Shown piece after piece: positions 24,821 through 37,403 of a stretch of 48,362 nucleotides of DNA. Source of the DNA: Octopus bimaculoides (Eukaryota); assembly GCF_001194135.2 (NCBI RefSeq), contig NC_068982.1, forward strand, positions 138,712,461 through 138,760,822, written 5' to 3'. The position numbers were made by a program, and so were the translations under genes. The notes under the pieces were generated by a model. That model had not been told where the DNA came from. It ran no database searches and was given only the letters and a program-made list of their open reading frames with translations. Every line of letters starts with the position of its first letter. Positions within the stretch are counted from its first letter, which is position 1.

Positions 24821-24821
<1 letters not shown>
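24255..24821 (+). mobile_element. Unclassified interspersed repeat, probably a retroposon 3' region ending in a stem-loop and (ATT)n tail
   Basis: Second copy nearby; terminal tgcctg...cagggca stem-loop followed by (ATT)n to ~24900; internal 14-bp array. The left boundary is approximate. Confidence 0.5.
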
Positions 24822-24901
<80 letters not shown>

Positions 24902-25609
24902 GATGCTGCATGCTAGTCTAGTTAGTAGGTATTTATATTGAGGTTTAGTGACAACAAGTCTCCTCAGATCTCAAAAAAATCATCCTTATGATGGTACTTC
25001 TATGCAGGTCGACAATGAAAGTTCCAATTCCAGTCTCTTTAAGTTTCTTTAAATAGCATTTTCTCTGTTGTACCAAGTGCACCAAGTCACTACAAGAATA
25101 ATTGTTTTCCTGGTCTTTCTCAGCTTTCTACCATAATTATTATTATTATCATTACTTTTATCACAACCACTATTATTATAAATATTGTTAGTTTATTTCT
25201 ATTTCGTTTGTCGTTATAAACCACTTTTCTTTCCTTTTATTATTTATTTAATTATTAAACATCTCGTCGTAGAATATGGTTTATATTGTAGAAGCTTTAT
25301 TTTCTGAACTTCACACATGGAAAGGTTCACTAGGAGGCAGTTCTTCGATTTTCTCTTAGGCATCACGCTTCACTGCTTCTCAACGCTTCTATAATTACAG
25401 AAGAGACTGTTCTTGTGCCAATATTACAAAAATCTTCAATATTACTATAACTATCAGTTTTTGTTAATATATTTGGAGTGTTGTCTTTTTGGAAAACTTG
25501 TTTTCTGCCTCGTGTTTCATTGTCTACGAGACGAAATACATGAAGGACATGAAGAAGTGCGCAAGAACTGGATATCTGATATCAATATCACGATGCCTCT
25601 ACTCCCATA

Positions 25610-25703
25610 TTTGTATGTATGTATGTATGTATGTATGTATGTATGTATGTATGTATGTACGTATGTGTGTGTATGTATGTATATATTAATGTCGGCATAC
25701 ACA

Positions 25704-25744
<41 letters not shown>

Positions 25745-25950
25745 GCATGTAGATATATATAGGTGTTTATATGCATATATACATGTGTATACACACACGC
25801 ACACACGCACAAACATGCACATATATATATATACATATATGTACATATATACACCTACGTATATGTATGTATTTTTATGGCACTTTCGTGTGTGTGTATA
25901 ATACAATATACACATAAATATACATATTGAAGTACATACATATGCATACA

Positions 25951-26027
<77 letters not shown>

Positions 26028-26148
26028 TATATATATACATACATATTTCTGCATGTATCTACAAATATATATGTGTATATATGTGCATGCATAAGAATAC
26101 ATAAATGTATGCATATAAATATGTAGACCAAATATTTATTTTATTGAC

Positions 26149-26205
<57 letters not shown>

Positions 26206-26212
26206 CTATCTA
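25610..26212. repeat. Compound microsatellite field: (TATG)n, (CA)n, (CT)n, (TA)n, (ATCT)n
   Basis: Direct reading. Confidence 0.95.
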
Positions 26213-26767
26213 TAAATGTATGTATGTATAGTTGTAAGAACAATAAACAATATCAGTAATATTTTAAAATATTTGCTGCAGCTTTTCAATAACTCGTATG
26301 TGACACTATGATTACAAATGTAATAATAAAATTACTACTATGGTCTGTAATAATCATAACAATAGAGATAATTTGAAATTTGGATTACAAAAGTCAAATA
26401 CGCTTTTATATATTCGGAAAATTTAAGGGGAAATAAAAGAAAAAGAAGAAATGAGCCAAACGGTGAATGTAGGAATGTACAAATGAACGGAGAAGAACAA
26501 AAAAGAAATAATATTCTTTTTAGTTATATATAGCTATTTATTAAAACTGAAGTTAAGAGCTTGTGTCACAACTGGAGTTTCAGACTACTGCATAAAACTG
26601 TTTTACCTGATGATCGCAGTAGCGTGAAATGTGAGTCGTGAGACGTATTCTTAGCTTCATTTTTAATTAAAAAAATCATACCCTCTACAACTTTTATTGA
26701 ACAGTAATTTCTCATTACTCTGGTATTATACATACATACATACATATACATATGTGTGTGTATATAC

Positions 26768-26830
<63 letters not shown>

Positions 26831-26843
26831 TATTATTACTAAA

Positions 26844-26961
26844 AAGGCGGCGAGATGGCAGAAACGTTAGCACGCCAGGCGAAATGCTTAGCGGTATTTT
26901 GTCTGCCGTTACGTTCTGAGTTCAAATTCCGCCGAGGTCGACTTTGCCTTTCATCCTTTCG
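26844..26961 (+). mobile_element. SINE family A 5' half, truncated by a gap
   Basis: Near-consensus head, B-box and central domain. Confidence 0.9.
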
Positions 26962-27018
26962 NNNNNNNNNNNNNNNNNNNNNNNNNNNNNNNNNNNNNNN
27001 NNNNNNNNNNNNNNNNNN

Positions 27019-27073
<55 letters not shown>

Positions 27074-27246
27074 TCAGTAGATCATATATCCGCAAAAGAA
27101 GCACACTCTAAAGAATAGAGCATCAAGGTATTTAAAAGCAGTTAGATATATGTCCAGTCATAGAGTGACCAGTGGATTCGCATACTAAAGCACTCTGGTG
27201 AATGCATAGCATATCCCTCATTAGACTGGAGGTAGAAAACCGTTAG

Positions 27247-27414
27247 TTTAAGCGGCACCTGTACAACCACAGATCCTCTTGCAGGATTCCGGAAAGACGG
27301 TACGTCACGTTCCTGGCAAGTCATTTATGGCGGCTTAAGGATAATGGAACCTCGTATGATACTAAATGGAAGATCATAGAGCGGCCGGGCCCCCACGTTA
27401 ACGGGAGTGGCCTA
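27247..27414 (+). pseudogene. Penelope-like element GIY-YIG endonuclease remnant
   Basis: My translation of 56 open codons with no ATG: FKRHLYNHRSSCRIPERRYVTFLASHLWRLKDNGTSYDTKWKIIERPGPHVNGSGL. It fits the PLE endonuclease pattern FK.R..NH..SF....T.L..H.W.LK....Y...W.I. Confidence 0.7.
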
Positions 27415-28021
27415 TAGAAGAACCAGCAAGAATATGCAAATACACATTACCTTTATTACATGCTAGAAGTGAGATATATAGCTCATGATTCCATTTCAAG
27501 CACTACCTGCTACAGGGATGAGATTTTCCACCCGCCGATTAGAACCATAAAAAGTCCTCACAGACTGGATGCAGCCTAGGCGCGGAGATTCTTCTTAGCC
27601 CCGTTCGCCATTTAACTCCATAAAATTTGCCATATAAACTGGTCAATGGGAGATAACTCGGCCAGGCTTCAAACGGTGTTTTAGCCTTTGTTGACACATT
27701 AGCTGACCGTAACGGTTTTCTACGTCCAGTTTGAAGAGGGACATGCATCTGCCATTGAGTCAGATGCATATCCCCCTATAAGGATGCATATCCTCATATA
27801 AGGCTCCCATTCAGTCATGAATGACCATGAGATTGCACCTAGAAATGATCATCCCAAAACGCAACAATATCTGTTTCAATACACGATTTCACATCAGGAA
27901 TCTTGCTGCAAAATTCATAAACGTGTGCGTGTGTGTGTGTATATATATATATACGTTTAACCTCATATTTGTATATATTACTCTAAGGGTATATGCAACT
28001 CTTTGGTTCATATCTATATCT

Positions 28022-28225
28022 TACAAGAGTTCTATTGTTTAAGAGATGAGGAATTATGTACATTATTTACATTATTTACATTATTTGACAGATATTTGTC
28101 CTAATCTTGTTTGATGTTAACACAATGTTTCGGCTGATATACTCTCCAGCCGTCATCAGGTGTCTTGGGGAAATTTCGAACCTGGGTTCTCATTCCTAAG
28201 GTATTTTTCGATGTTGTTGTTGTTG

Positions 28226-28296
<71 letters not shown>
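28022..28296 (-). mobile_element. Hammerhead-bearing retroposon (family H1), left copy; head lost in the gap
   Basis: (AAT/AAC)n, body gaatgagaacccaggttcgaaattt, hammerhead motif and (aatgtaaat)n tail; inverted relative to 28307-28524. Confidence 0.8.
28120..28163 (-). ncRNA. Minimal type I hammerhead motif with a CpG-type change in stem III
   Basis: ACAC-CUGAUGA-C-GGCUG-GAGAGUAUAU-CAGCC-GAAA-CAUU-GUGU. Confidence 0.55.
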
Positions 28297-28306
28297 NNNN
28301 NNNNNN

Positions 28307-28342
28307 TTACCCCAAGATTCCGAGTTCGATTCCAAGCAGTGA

Positions 28343-28383
<41 letters not shown>

Positions 28384-28524
28384 GTGAATGAGAACCCAGG
28401 TTCGAAATTTCACCAAGACACCTGATGAAGGCTGGAAGGTATATCAGCCGAAACGTGTTAACAACAAACAAGATGAGGACAAATAGCCATCAAATGTAAA
28501 TAATGTAAATAATGAAAATAATGT
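28307..28524 (+). mobile_element. Hammerhead-bearing retroposon (family H1), right copy with tRNA-like B-box remnant
   Basis: ccccaagattccgaGTTCGATTCCaagcagtgacctg, (AAT)n, body, hammerhead motif and tgtaaataa tail repeats. Confidence 0.8.
28418..28458 (+). ncRNA. Minimal type I hammerhead motif with a 3-nt deletion at the cleavage site
   Basis: ACAC-CUGAUGA-A-GGCUG-GAAGGUAUAU-CAGCC-GAAA-CGU-GU. Confidence 0.5.
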
Positions 28525-28780
28525 ATATCTTACTACTTCTGAGATGGCAGCTGAGAATTTATAAACCTAATCGGGGTTACAGGGTGAAAGTGTCAGGTGT
28601 TAAAAGACCCCGAAATCTCCTGAAATCCTGAAACATTCCAGAGCGTTCTCTTTAGGTGTATCTTGGAACTGGTGCAGAAAAATCTGTGATGAGTGTATCA
28701 TGAGACTGTGGTTGAAAATCTGGCCAAAATCAAATCGCTAGCAATACTCAATTCTGATATTTTGTTTCATCATACGTTTT

Positions 28781-29170
28781 CGATCTGGCAGAATCGTCAG
28801 CACGGCGGGGAAAATGCTTAGCGGTGTTTCCGAGTTCAAATTCCGCCGAGGTCAGTTTTGGCTTTCATCCTTTCGGGGTCGATATAATAAATACCCACTG
28901 CACTCTGGGCTCGATGCAATCGATTTATCCTCTTGCCTGAAATTGCAGACCTTGTGTCAAAATTTGTAACCATTATATTTTACTGGTTAAGACGGCAATC
29001 TGGCTCAATCGCTAAGCGGAATTTCACCCTTTTTCCCGTTCCGAGTTCAAATTCCGCCGTGAACGTTTCAGGGTTGACACAACAAGTACCACTCATGTAC
29101 TGGTATCGATGTAATAGACTTTCCCAACCTTTTCACAAACTGTTGGCCCTGTGCCAGATTTGAATCTATT
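28781..29170 (+). mobile_element. Older SINE family A dimer
   Basis: Two diverged units, each with ccgagttcaaattccgccg and each followed by attatattt.actggtt. Confidence 0.75.
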
Positions 29171-29980
29171 ATATTTCACTGGTTCAGACATAAGAGTTAA
29201 GCCGCAATTATTAAGACTTCCGATTTCGGACGACGGACTTGGAATAAAATTGTCCAATCTCTCCATTTCCTTTGTACGTAAGTTTTCTTACGTTTTTTTT
29301 TACATTTAGCGGTACAAGTCTTTCACATTATTGCTATATCATTTCTATATTTCCTGTTGTGGATATTCTCCTTTATTCAAGTTTGTGAATACGTATTTGT
29401 ATGTACGTATGTGTATCGTGTGTGTGTGTTTGTGTGTGTTTGTGTGTGCGCGCACGCACGCGTAGTATTGTGGTCGGAATATTTCTCTTGTATTTCTTTG
29501 CGTGTTCAACGCAAATATTTCTTTGTGTGTTTAACACAATTGTCAAGACTCTCACTTGCTTAAAATAGAATGTGTTGGCTGTAAGTGTCTGTAAGTGTTC
29601 TACGCCTCGCACCGCCTCGCCCAAACCTCAAAATATGTCAGTGAAAGTTTCTTTCAGATAGTCCGTGCTATGTTACTTACGATGGTGTATTATACCACTC
29701 TATGGAACCTACTCGTCGCGAAGTAGATCGGGCTCCTCACAACGAAGTTTAGTGGCCCTGGATATATAATACTACAGGTATAGCGACAACAGTCGTATAT
29801 TTCATATGTAGCTGTCTGCTTCAACATATGTCTAATGTCTTAATGTAATAAAGGTAAATATTGAACACACGAGTGTACTCTGATCAGATAATCGGATCCA
29901 CGATCAGAGGCATTAGAACGATAACCATCCTGCCTTAGTTTTCAGGAACAGAATGCCACAGGTTTTAGCATTTATGATGT

Positions 29981-30240
29981 CCAGGGTTCGATTCCGAAGC
30001 CTGGTATCTCGGACAAATATCCTTTCCGACAGCCTCAGTTTGAGCCCTGCTTGCTGAGCAAATTGTTTAGTTGGAAACTTGGTGCCAACCCGAAACCCGT
30101 CGGATCGGTCTTAACTGTAATTCAAATGTCTAATATTGTCACACACCCTGTCCCTCTGATTCTGCCTGAGAATTACATTAAAACTACACGTGTCAGTGGA
30201 ATACTCGGCCACTTACACGAAAATTCAATGAGTCAAGGGG
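29981..30240 (+). mobile_element. SINE family B, highly diverged
   Basis: B-box gggttcgattcc; tail gtcacac...gagaattacattaaaactacacgtgtcagtggaatactcggccactt resembles 11530-11620. Confidence 0.55.
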
Positions 30241-30299
30241 CTCAGTTTCTTGGAAGACTAAGAATTGATGGTCGGAAAGTCTGACTAAGATCCAGCATA

Positions 30300-31211
30300 C
30301 AAGGTAGTAGCAAAACGTTCTTGACTAGTTCTGTAGTGCGCCCACAGATGGCAGCGTGCGCTGTGAGAGATAGCAGTTACCTTGATGAGTTAGTGTGCCG
30401 AGTGAGATCGCAAGCTGTAAAATTTATGTTTTTGGGATCACGTGTATGCTGTAGTCTGCGATTCGATCATGTATAGGAAGTTGAAACAAAGGGCCAGCGT
30501 GAAGTTTTGCGTTAAACTTGGGAGATCTGTTGCAGAGTCATTGAGCATGCTCCGGAAAGCTTACGGCGACGAGGCAATGGGACGTACACAACATTTTGAG
30601 AGGCACACGCGATTCAAAAGCGGGAGAACATCCTTAAAAACGATGAGCGACCTGGAAGACCTGCCACGAGCGTCACCCACGGAAATGTGGTATTGTGCAT
30701 CGGGGAATTTGACCCTCGATGCCAAACAATCAATCAAACATTCTGCGGTGACGTTTTGAAGCGTTTAGGGGAGAATATTCAGCGAAAGCGACCGAAGTAC
30801 GAAGTAGAGTACGAAGCTGTGGAGTACGAAGAATTGGATTGTTCACAACGATAATGCACCCTGTCATCGAGCTCTCCTTACATGCGAGATTCTCACCAAA
30901 ACCCACATGACATCGCTTCCACACACGCCCTATTCGTCAGATTTAGCACCTGCGGACTTCACTCTCTTCCACAAGATGAAAAGGCCGTTCAAAAGTCGCT
31001 ATATAACACCGTTCTCGTGATCCTGAGCGAATCGCAGAAGCTTCCCGACCAGTTTACGACTTCCGGGCTGGATTCCAAAAGTGGCAGGAACGAGGGGGCC
31101 GGCGCATTGCTGCGTAAGGTGACTATTTCGAAGGTGAGGATGCCAAAACATAGCTAAACAAATTATTTTTATTAAACCTAATTAGTCCAGGAACCTTTTG
31201 CTACCATCTTG
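30300..31211 (+). mobile_element. Mariner (DD34D) element, 912 bp, internally deleted and frameshifted
   Basis: TA flanks; TIRs caaggtagtagcaaaacgttc / gaaccttttgctaccatcttg; HTH KQRASVKFCVKLG...AYGDEAM; catalytic remnants HNDNAPCH and PYSSDLAPADF. Confidence 0.9.
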
Positions 31212-31423
31212 TATTATACAATACACGACAATATACAATAATATCCTTTAAAGCGGTAGGATAAGATCTGAAATAGATTTCGCTGCTGTTTCTATTACGA
31301 TAAGCAACCAGATGGGGCTTACACAGCTAGAGAAACTAAAGGAAGCAAAATTGATTGCTTCAGGAACTCGACGAAATTTCTGCAAAAGCAGTATGAACTA
31401 AATAAAGAACTGGACATTATCAA

Positions 31424-31545
31424 ATCTCTCTCTCTCTCTCTATCTTTCTCTCTCTCTCTTTCACTCTCTCTCTTTCTCTCTCTCTCTTTCTCTCTCTCTC
31501 TTTCTCTCTCTATCTTTCTATCTCTCTCTTTCTCTCTCTCTCTTT
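31424..31545. repeat. (CT)n/(CTTT) microsatellite
   Basis: Direct reading. Confidence 0.95.
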
Positions 31546-31695
31546 CTACTAAGCTATTTCCCTATTGGCTTTCTTCGCTTATTTGGGTTCTAATTCAATC
31601 TTTCGCAAGAAACATTATAGATCATGTTGAGAAAATTCAACTGTCGACTTCGACGAGGAAAGAGTCAACGAGATATTGTGTATTTCTTAATACTT

Positions 31696-32141
31696 ATTTC
31701 TTTATTGCCTACATGGGGCTAAAAATAGAGGGGACACACAAGAACTGACAAAGGATTAAGTCTATTACATCGACCCCAGTGCGTAACTGGTACTTAATTT
31801 ATCGACTCTGAAAGGATGAAAGCCAAAGTCGACCTCAGCGGAATTTGAACTCAGAACGTAACTGCAGACGAAATACCGCTAAGCATTTTGCCCGGCGTGC
31901 TAACTTTTCTTATTTCTTTATTGCCCACAAGGGGCTAAACATAGAGGGGACAAACAAGGACAGACAAAGGGACTAAGTCGATTACATCGACCCCGGTGCG
32001 TAACTGGGACTTAATTTATCGACCCCGAAAAGATGAAAGGCAAAGTCGACCTCGGCGGAATTTGAACTCAGAACGTAACGGCAGACGAAATACCGCTAAG
32101 CATTTCGCCCGGCGTGCTAACATTTCTGCCCGCCCGCTGCC
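31696..32141 (-). mobile_element. SINE family A head-to-tail dimer with 12-bp TSD
   Basis: ttcttaatactt at 31684-31695 and 32142-32153; internal junction near 31908. Confidence 0.92.
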
Positions 32142-34244
32142 TTCTTAATACTTTTAAGTCATTTGTTAATGGTGACTGATATTAATCATTTCCTGCTTGC
32201 TACGTAAGCGTTTGACATTGGCTCAGCTAAACTTCTGTCTTTTGAACTAACGTCGTACTTTGTGCATTGGTATTTTCGATTATAAAATATTACAATGGTT
32301 TCTAAACATTGATACAAATCATGTTAATTTGTAATATCGTCAAGTTTTAAAGTGTTAGATTTTGATGAATGTCGAGATTTACCATTATAAGTGATTTGAC
32401 GAGAACCGTTCGTAGTTTCTGGACAGCCGTAGGTTATTCCAGTATTCAAATAACAATCTTCTCAAATTCCTTTGTAAAAGCGGCTATTGAAAGTTTCGGC
32501 TTTCGTAGCAGCTAATGTTGTTGTTGGAGATATTGTTGTTCTAGTAAACAGTTTTATATCAAACTGAGAGAGAAAATAAATATTGACTGAGTTATTCTGT
32601 TACATAGGACATCCTGAAACGAAAACATGGCCAACTTCTATATAATTTAAATGGATTTCACTGGAAGACGTCTATAGATGTGTGATTATTCAGAGGCATT
32701 GATCAGAAAGAAATTTTGTTTTACTTGGGTACAGTTGTGTCCGTTTGTTTTTGGAGTGGCTGTTGTGTAGAATGTTTGTATACTCTATACACAGTGATAC
32801 AGAAATATGTCGCTGGGTGATGTATACCGGGAAACTACACGAGAGAAATAAGGATGGAGAATCTACGTGAACTCGCGACATGCTGGGAATAGCAAGCGAG
32901 TCTAAACTCAGATTACACCCGACTATTTTAACTCTAAAAGGATGGCAGGCTCACAGCTGAGAAAGTCATAAGAAAAACAACAAAAACAACTCCTCCTCCT
33001 CCTCCTCCTCCTCCTCCTCCTCCNNNNNNNNNNNNNNNNNNNNNNNNNNNNNNNNNNNNNNNNNNNNNNNNNNNNNNNNNNNNNNNNNNNNNNNNNNNNN
33101 NNNNNNNNNNNNNNNNNNNNNNNNNNNNNNNNNNNNNNNNNNNNNNNNNNNNNNNNNNNNNNNNNNNNNNNNNNNNNNNNNNNNNNNNNNNNNNNNNNNN
33201 NNNNNNNNNNNNNNNNNNNNNNNNNNNNNNNNNNNNNNNNNNNNNNNNNNNNNNNNNNNNNNNNNNNNNNNNNNNNNNNNNNNNNNNNNNNNNNNNNNNN
33301 NNNNNNNNNNNNNNNNNNNNNNNNNNNNNNNNNNNNNNNNNNNNNNNNNNNNNNNNNNNNNNNNNNNNNNNNNNNNNNNNNNNNNNNNNNNNNNNNNNNN
33401 NNNNNNNNNNNNNNNNNNNNNNNNNNNNNNNNNNNNNNNNNNNNNNNNNNNNNNNNNNNNNNNNNNNNNNNNNNNNNNNNNNNNNNNNNNNNNNNNNNNN
33501 NNNNNNNNNNNNNNNNNNNNNNNNNNNNNNNNNNNNNNNNNNNNNNNNNNNNNNNNNNNNNNNNNNNNNNNNNNNNNNNNNNNNNNNNNNNNNNNNNNNN
33601 NNNNNNNNNNNNNNNNNNNNNNNNNNNNNNNNNNNNNNNNNNNNNNNNNNNNNNNNNNNNNNNNNNNNNNNNNNNNNNNNNNNNNNNNNNNNNNNNNNNN
33701 NNNNNNNNNNNNNNNNNNNNNNNNNNNNNNNNNNNNNNNNNNNNNNNNNNNNNNNNNNNNNNNNNNNNNNNNNNNNNNCTCCTCCTCCTCCTCCTCCTCC
33801 TCCTACTACTACTACTACAACTAGAATTTATATACAGACCTTATATACATATTCCTTATTCAGATTTCACTGACAAACATCTTTCCCAGGTAGCTTATAG
33901 CTGGGCGTCACTTTGTTGGTTTCGAAGGAACCTATTTAACTACACAACCTTAACTATAGGCTCCATTCCAGTATGCTTCATTTCATTGTAGTACAATATA
34001 GTATAAAGTGAGAGTGTACAGCTGTGTAGTGTTGTATAAAAGCGTAGCGTCTGGTGTATTGGATTGTAGGAAAATGTTTGGAATTTTTCCAATATTTCTT
34101 TGGTCTAATAGAGATGTTAATATTGCCTTAGGGCAATGGAAATTATTTCAGTATTTAAATATATTCACAAAACCGCTTGATTGGTTTAGTTTGTAGAATA
34201 TATATTTTTATCTGGTACCATGTTAGTAGAAACAGTCACAACTT

Positions 34245-34906
34245 AAGGCGGCGAGCTGGCAGAAATGTTAGCACACAGGGCGAAATGCTTAACGGTATTT
34301 CGTCTGCCGTTATGTTCTGAGTTCAAATTCCGCCGAGGTCGACATTGACTTTCATCCTTTCGGGGTCGATAAATTAAGTACCAGTTACGCACTGAAGTCG
34401 ATATCGACTTAATCCCTTTGTCTGAGCTTGTTTGTCCCCTTTATGTTTAGCCCCTTGTGGGCAATAAAGAAATAAGAATCGTTAGCACACCGGCGAAATG
34501 CTTAACGGTATTTCGTCTGCCGTTATGTTCTGAGTTCAAATTCCACCGAGGTCGACTTTGACTTTCATCTTTTCAGGGTCGATAAATTAAGTACCAGTTA
34601 CGCACTGGGTCGATGTAATCGATTTAATCCCTTTGTCTGTCCTTGTTTGTCCCCTCTATGTTTAGCCCCTTGTGGGCGATAAAGAAATAAGAAAAGTTAG
34701 CAGGCCGGGCGAAACGCTTAACGGTATTTGGTCTGCCTCTACGTTCTGAGTTCAAATTCGGCCGAGGTCGATTTTGGCTTTCATCCTTTCAGGGTGGATA
34801 AAGTAAGTACCAGTTACGCACTGGGGTCGATGTAATAAACTTAACCCCTTTGTCTGTCCTTGTTTGTCTCCTCTGTGTGTAGCCCATTGTGGGTAGTAAA
34901 TAATTA
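34245..34906 (+). mobile_element. SINE family A head-to-tail trimer with 17-bp TSD
   Basis: agaaacagtcacaactt at 34228-34244 and 34907-34923; junctions near 34475 and 34690; units about 215 bp. Confidence 0.93.
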
Positions 34907-34931
34907 AGAAACAGTCACAACTTGGAGCCGA

Positions 34932-34967
<36 letters not shown>

Positions 34968-36138
34968 TCCACGAACTTCTGCTTGATTGATATACAGTAT
35001 CCTTAACCAAATTTCACTCGCAAAGATCTTCTCTAGGTGCCACATTGTAGCATATAACTCGGAGCAGAATATTGTTTAAATTAATATTTCGATGGTCTCT
35101 GGTTCAACAACATTTTTTGTACATCAAGTATCTTACCGATAAAACAGAAAACGTCCTGAGAGGAATAAAATGGAAGGTCTATTTTTCTTTAGATAAATGA
35201 ATGTGCAGACACCATTCAGAGGACAGTTAAGGTTTTAGATCTTACGAAAAATCTACCACATTAAAAACTTTGTAAAATTGCAAAACTAGTTAGAAATGTA
35301 AAATTTAACCATAAATCTAATAACTTCGAACATACTCTACAAACATACCTTGAACCTTTCAAATTACCACCAAACAGGTTATCAAAGCAGACAAAGCAAA
35401 ACATATTTATGTAGTAAACAACAAATTAAACTAGAAACAGATGAGAGAAAGAGTTCTGAATACATGCTGTGGAGTGTAATTATTAAATGTATTCGACTGA
35501 CTAAATATACGCCACTACTCAGACGTTCCACGTCCTACACATTTCGTCAGACAGAAGTAACATAATTGGCAGCAGCCAAATTAGTTCTAGATATACGCAG
35601 ACATCCATGTGCATAGTCATCCATCCATGCATTTATTCTTACACACACAACAGAAACACACAGTCACACACAGGCGCACACACATATATTTATTTATGTA
35701 CACACATATATATGTATATCTGTCAATATGTGTATATTTGTGTGGGCACATATATATTAATCACTTTTAAGTTTATCTCTATGCTTTGTATAGAAATTAG
35801 AGCCAGCGCTGAATGTTCCGACGTTTCGTATACGAACACGCCTATATGAACAATGCGATCGAAGACAGAAAAATAAGTGATGGGTATATATGAATATTTC
35901 AGGAATTATTGCTCCGTCTTCAGCACCAAACACGACCCATTAACTATCCATGAAAACATTGTTTAAATACCCAATTCGCTTAGCAGTGTAACTAAGTTTA
36001 GCGGTATAAATTGGACGAACCAATTTACATATTAAATACACGCCTGGCAATGGTACGTACACATTAGTTGCTGGTAGGGACACCGTATTTCGTTTTGCAA
36101 CCGTAATATGCTAGCAATTGTAATATGCAACCGTAATA

Positions 36139-36178
<40 letters not shown>

Positions 36179-36434
36179 TGTATGTCTGAGAGTGTTAAAC
36201 AAAAACAAATAATGGGACATTTAAAGCCATAGAGAAACGATCTTTGATTTTATAGGATTCATCACGATTTTCAGTGAAGACAGAAAAGTCGCTTGCTGAG
36301 AATTTGGGACCAACTTCGAATGAGAAAGGTAGATAATCTGAAGAATTATGAATTCTCCATTATTGGCCTTCCATTAAGGGAGCGACAGTCGATACGTCCT
36401 GAGAGATGAGGACAATTGTGGACAAGGGCTAAAC

Positions 36435-37403
<969 letters not shown>

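Noticed and set aside
26844-26935. tRNA-like A/B boxes in many places
   Set aside because: These are SINE heads without a complete cloverleaf or acceptor stem, so they are not called as tRNA genes.
34245-34906. Regularly spaced repeats as a CRISPR array
   Set aside because: The units are contiguous ~215-bp SINE monomers with no unique spacers, in a eukaryotic context with no cas genes.
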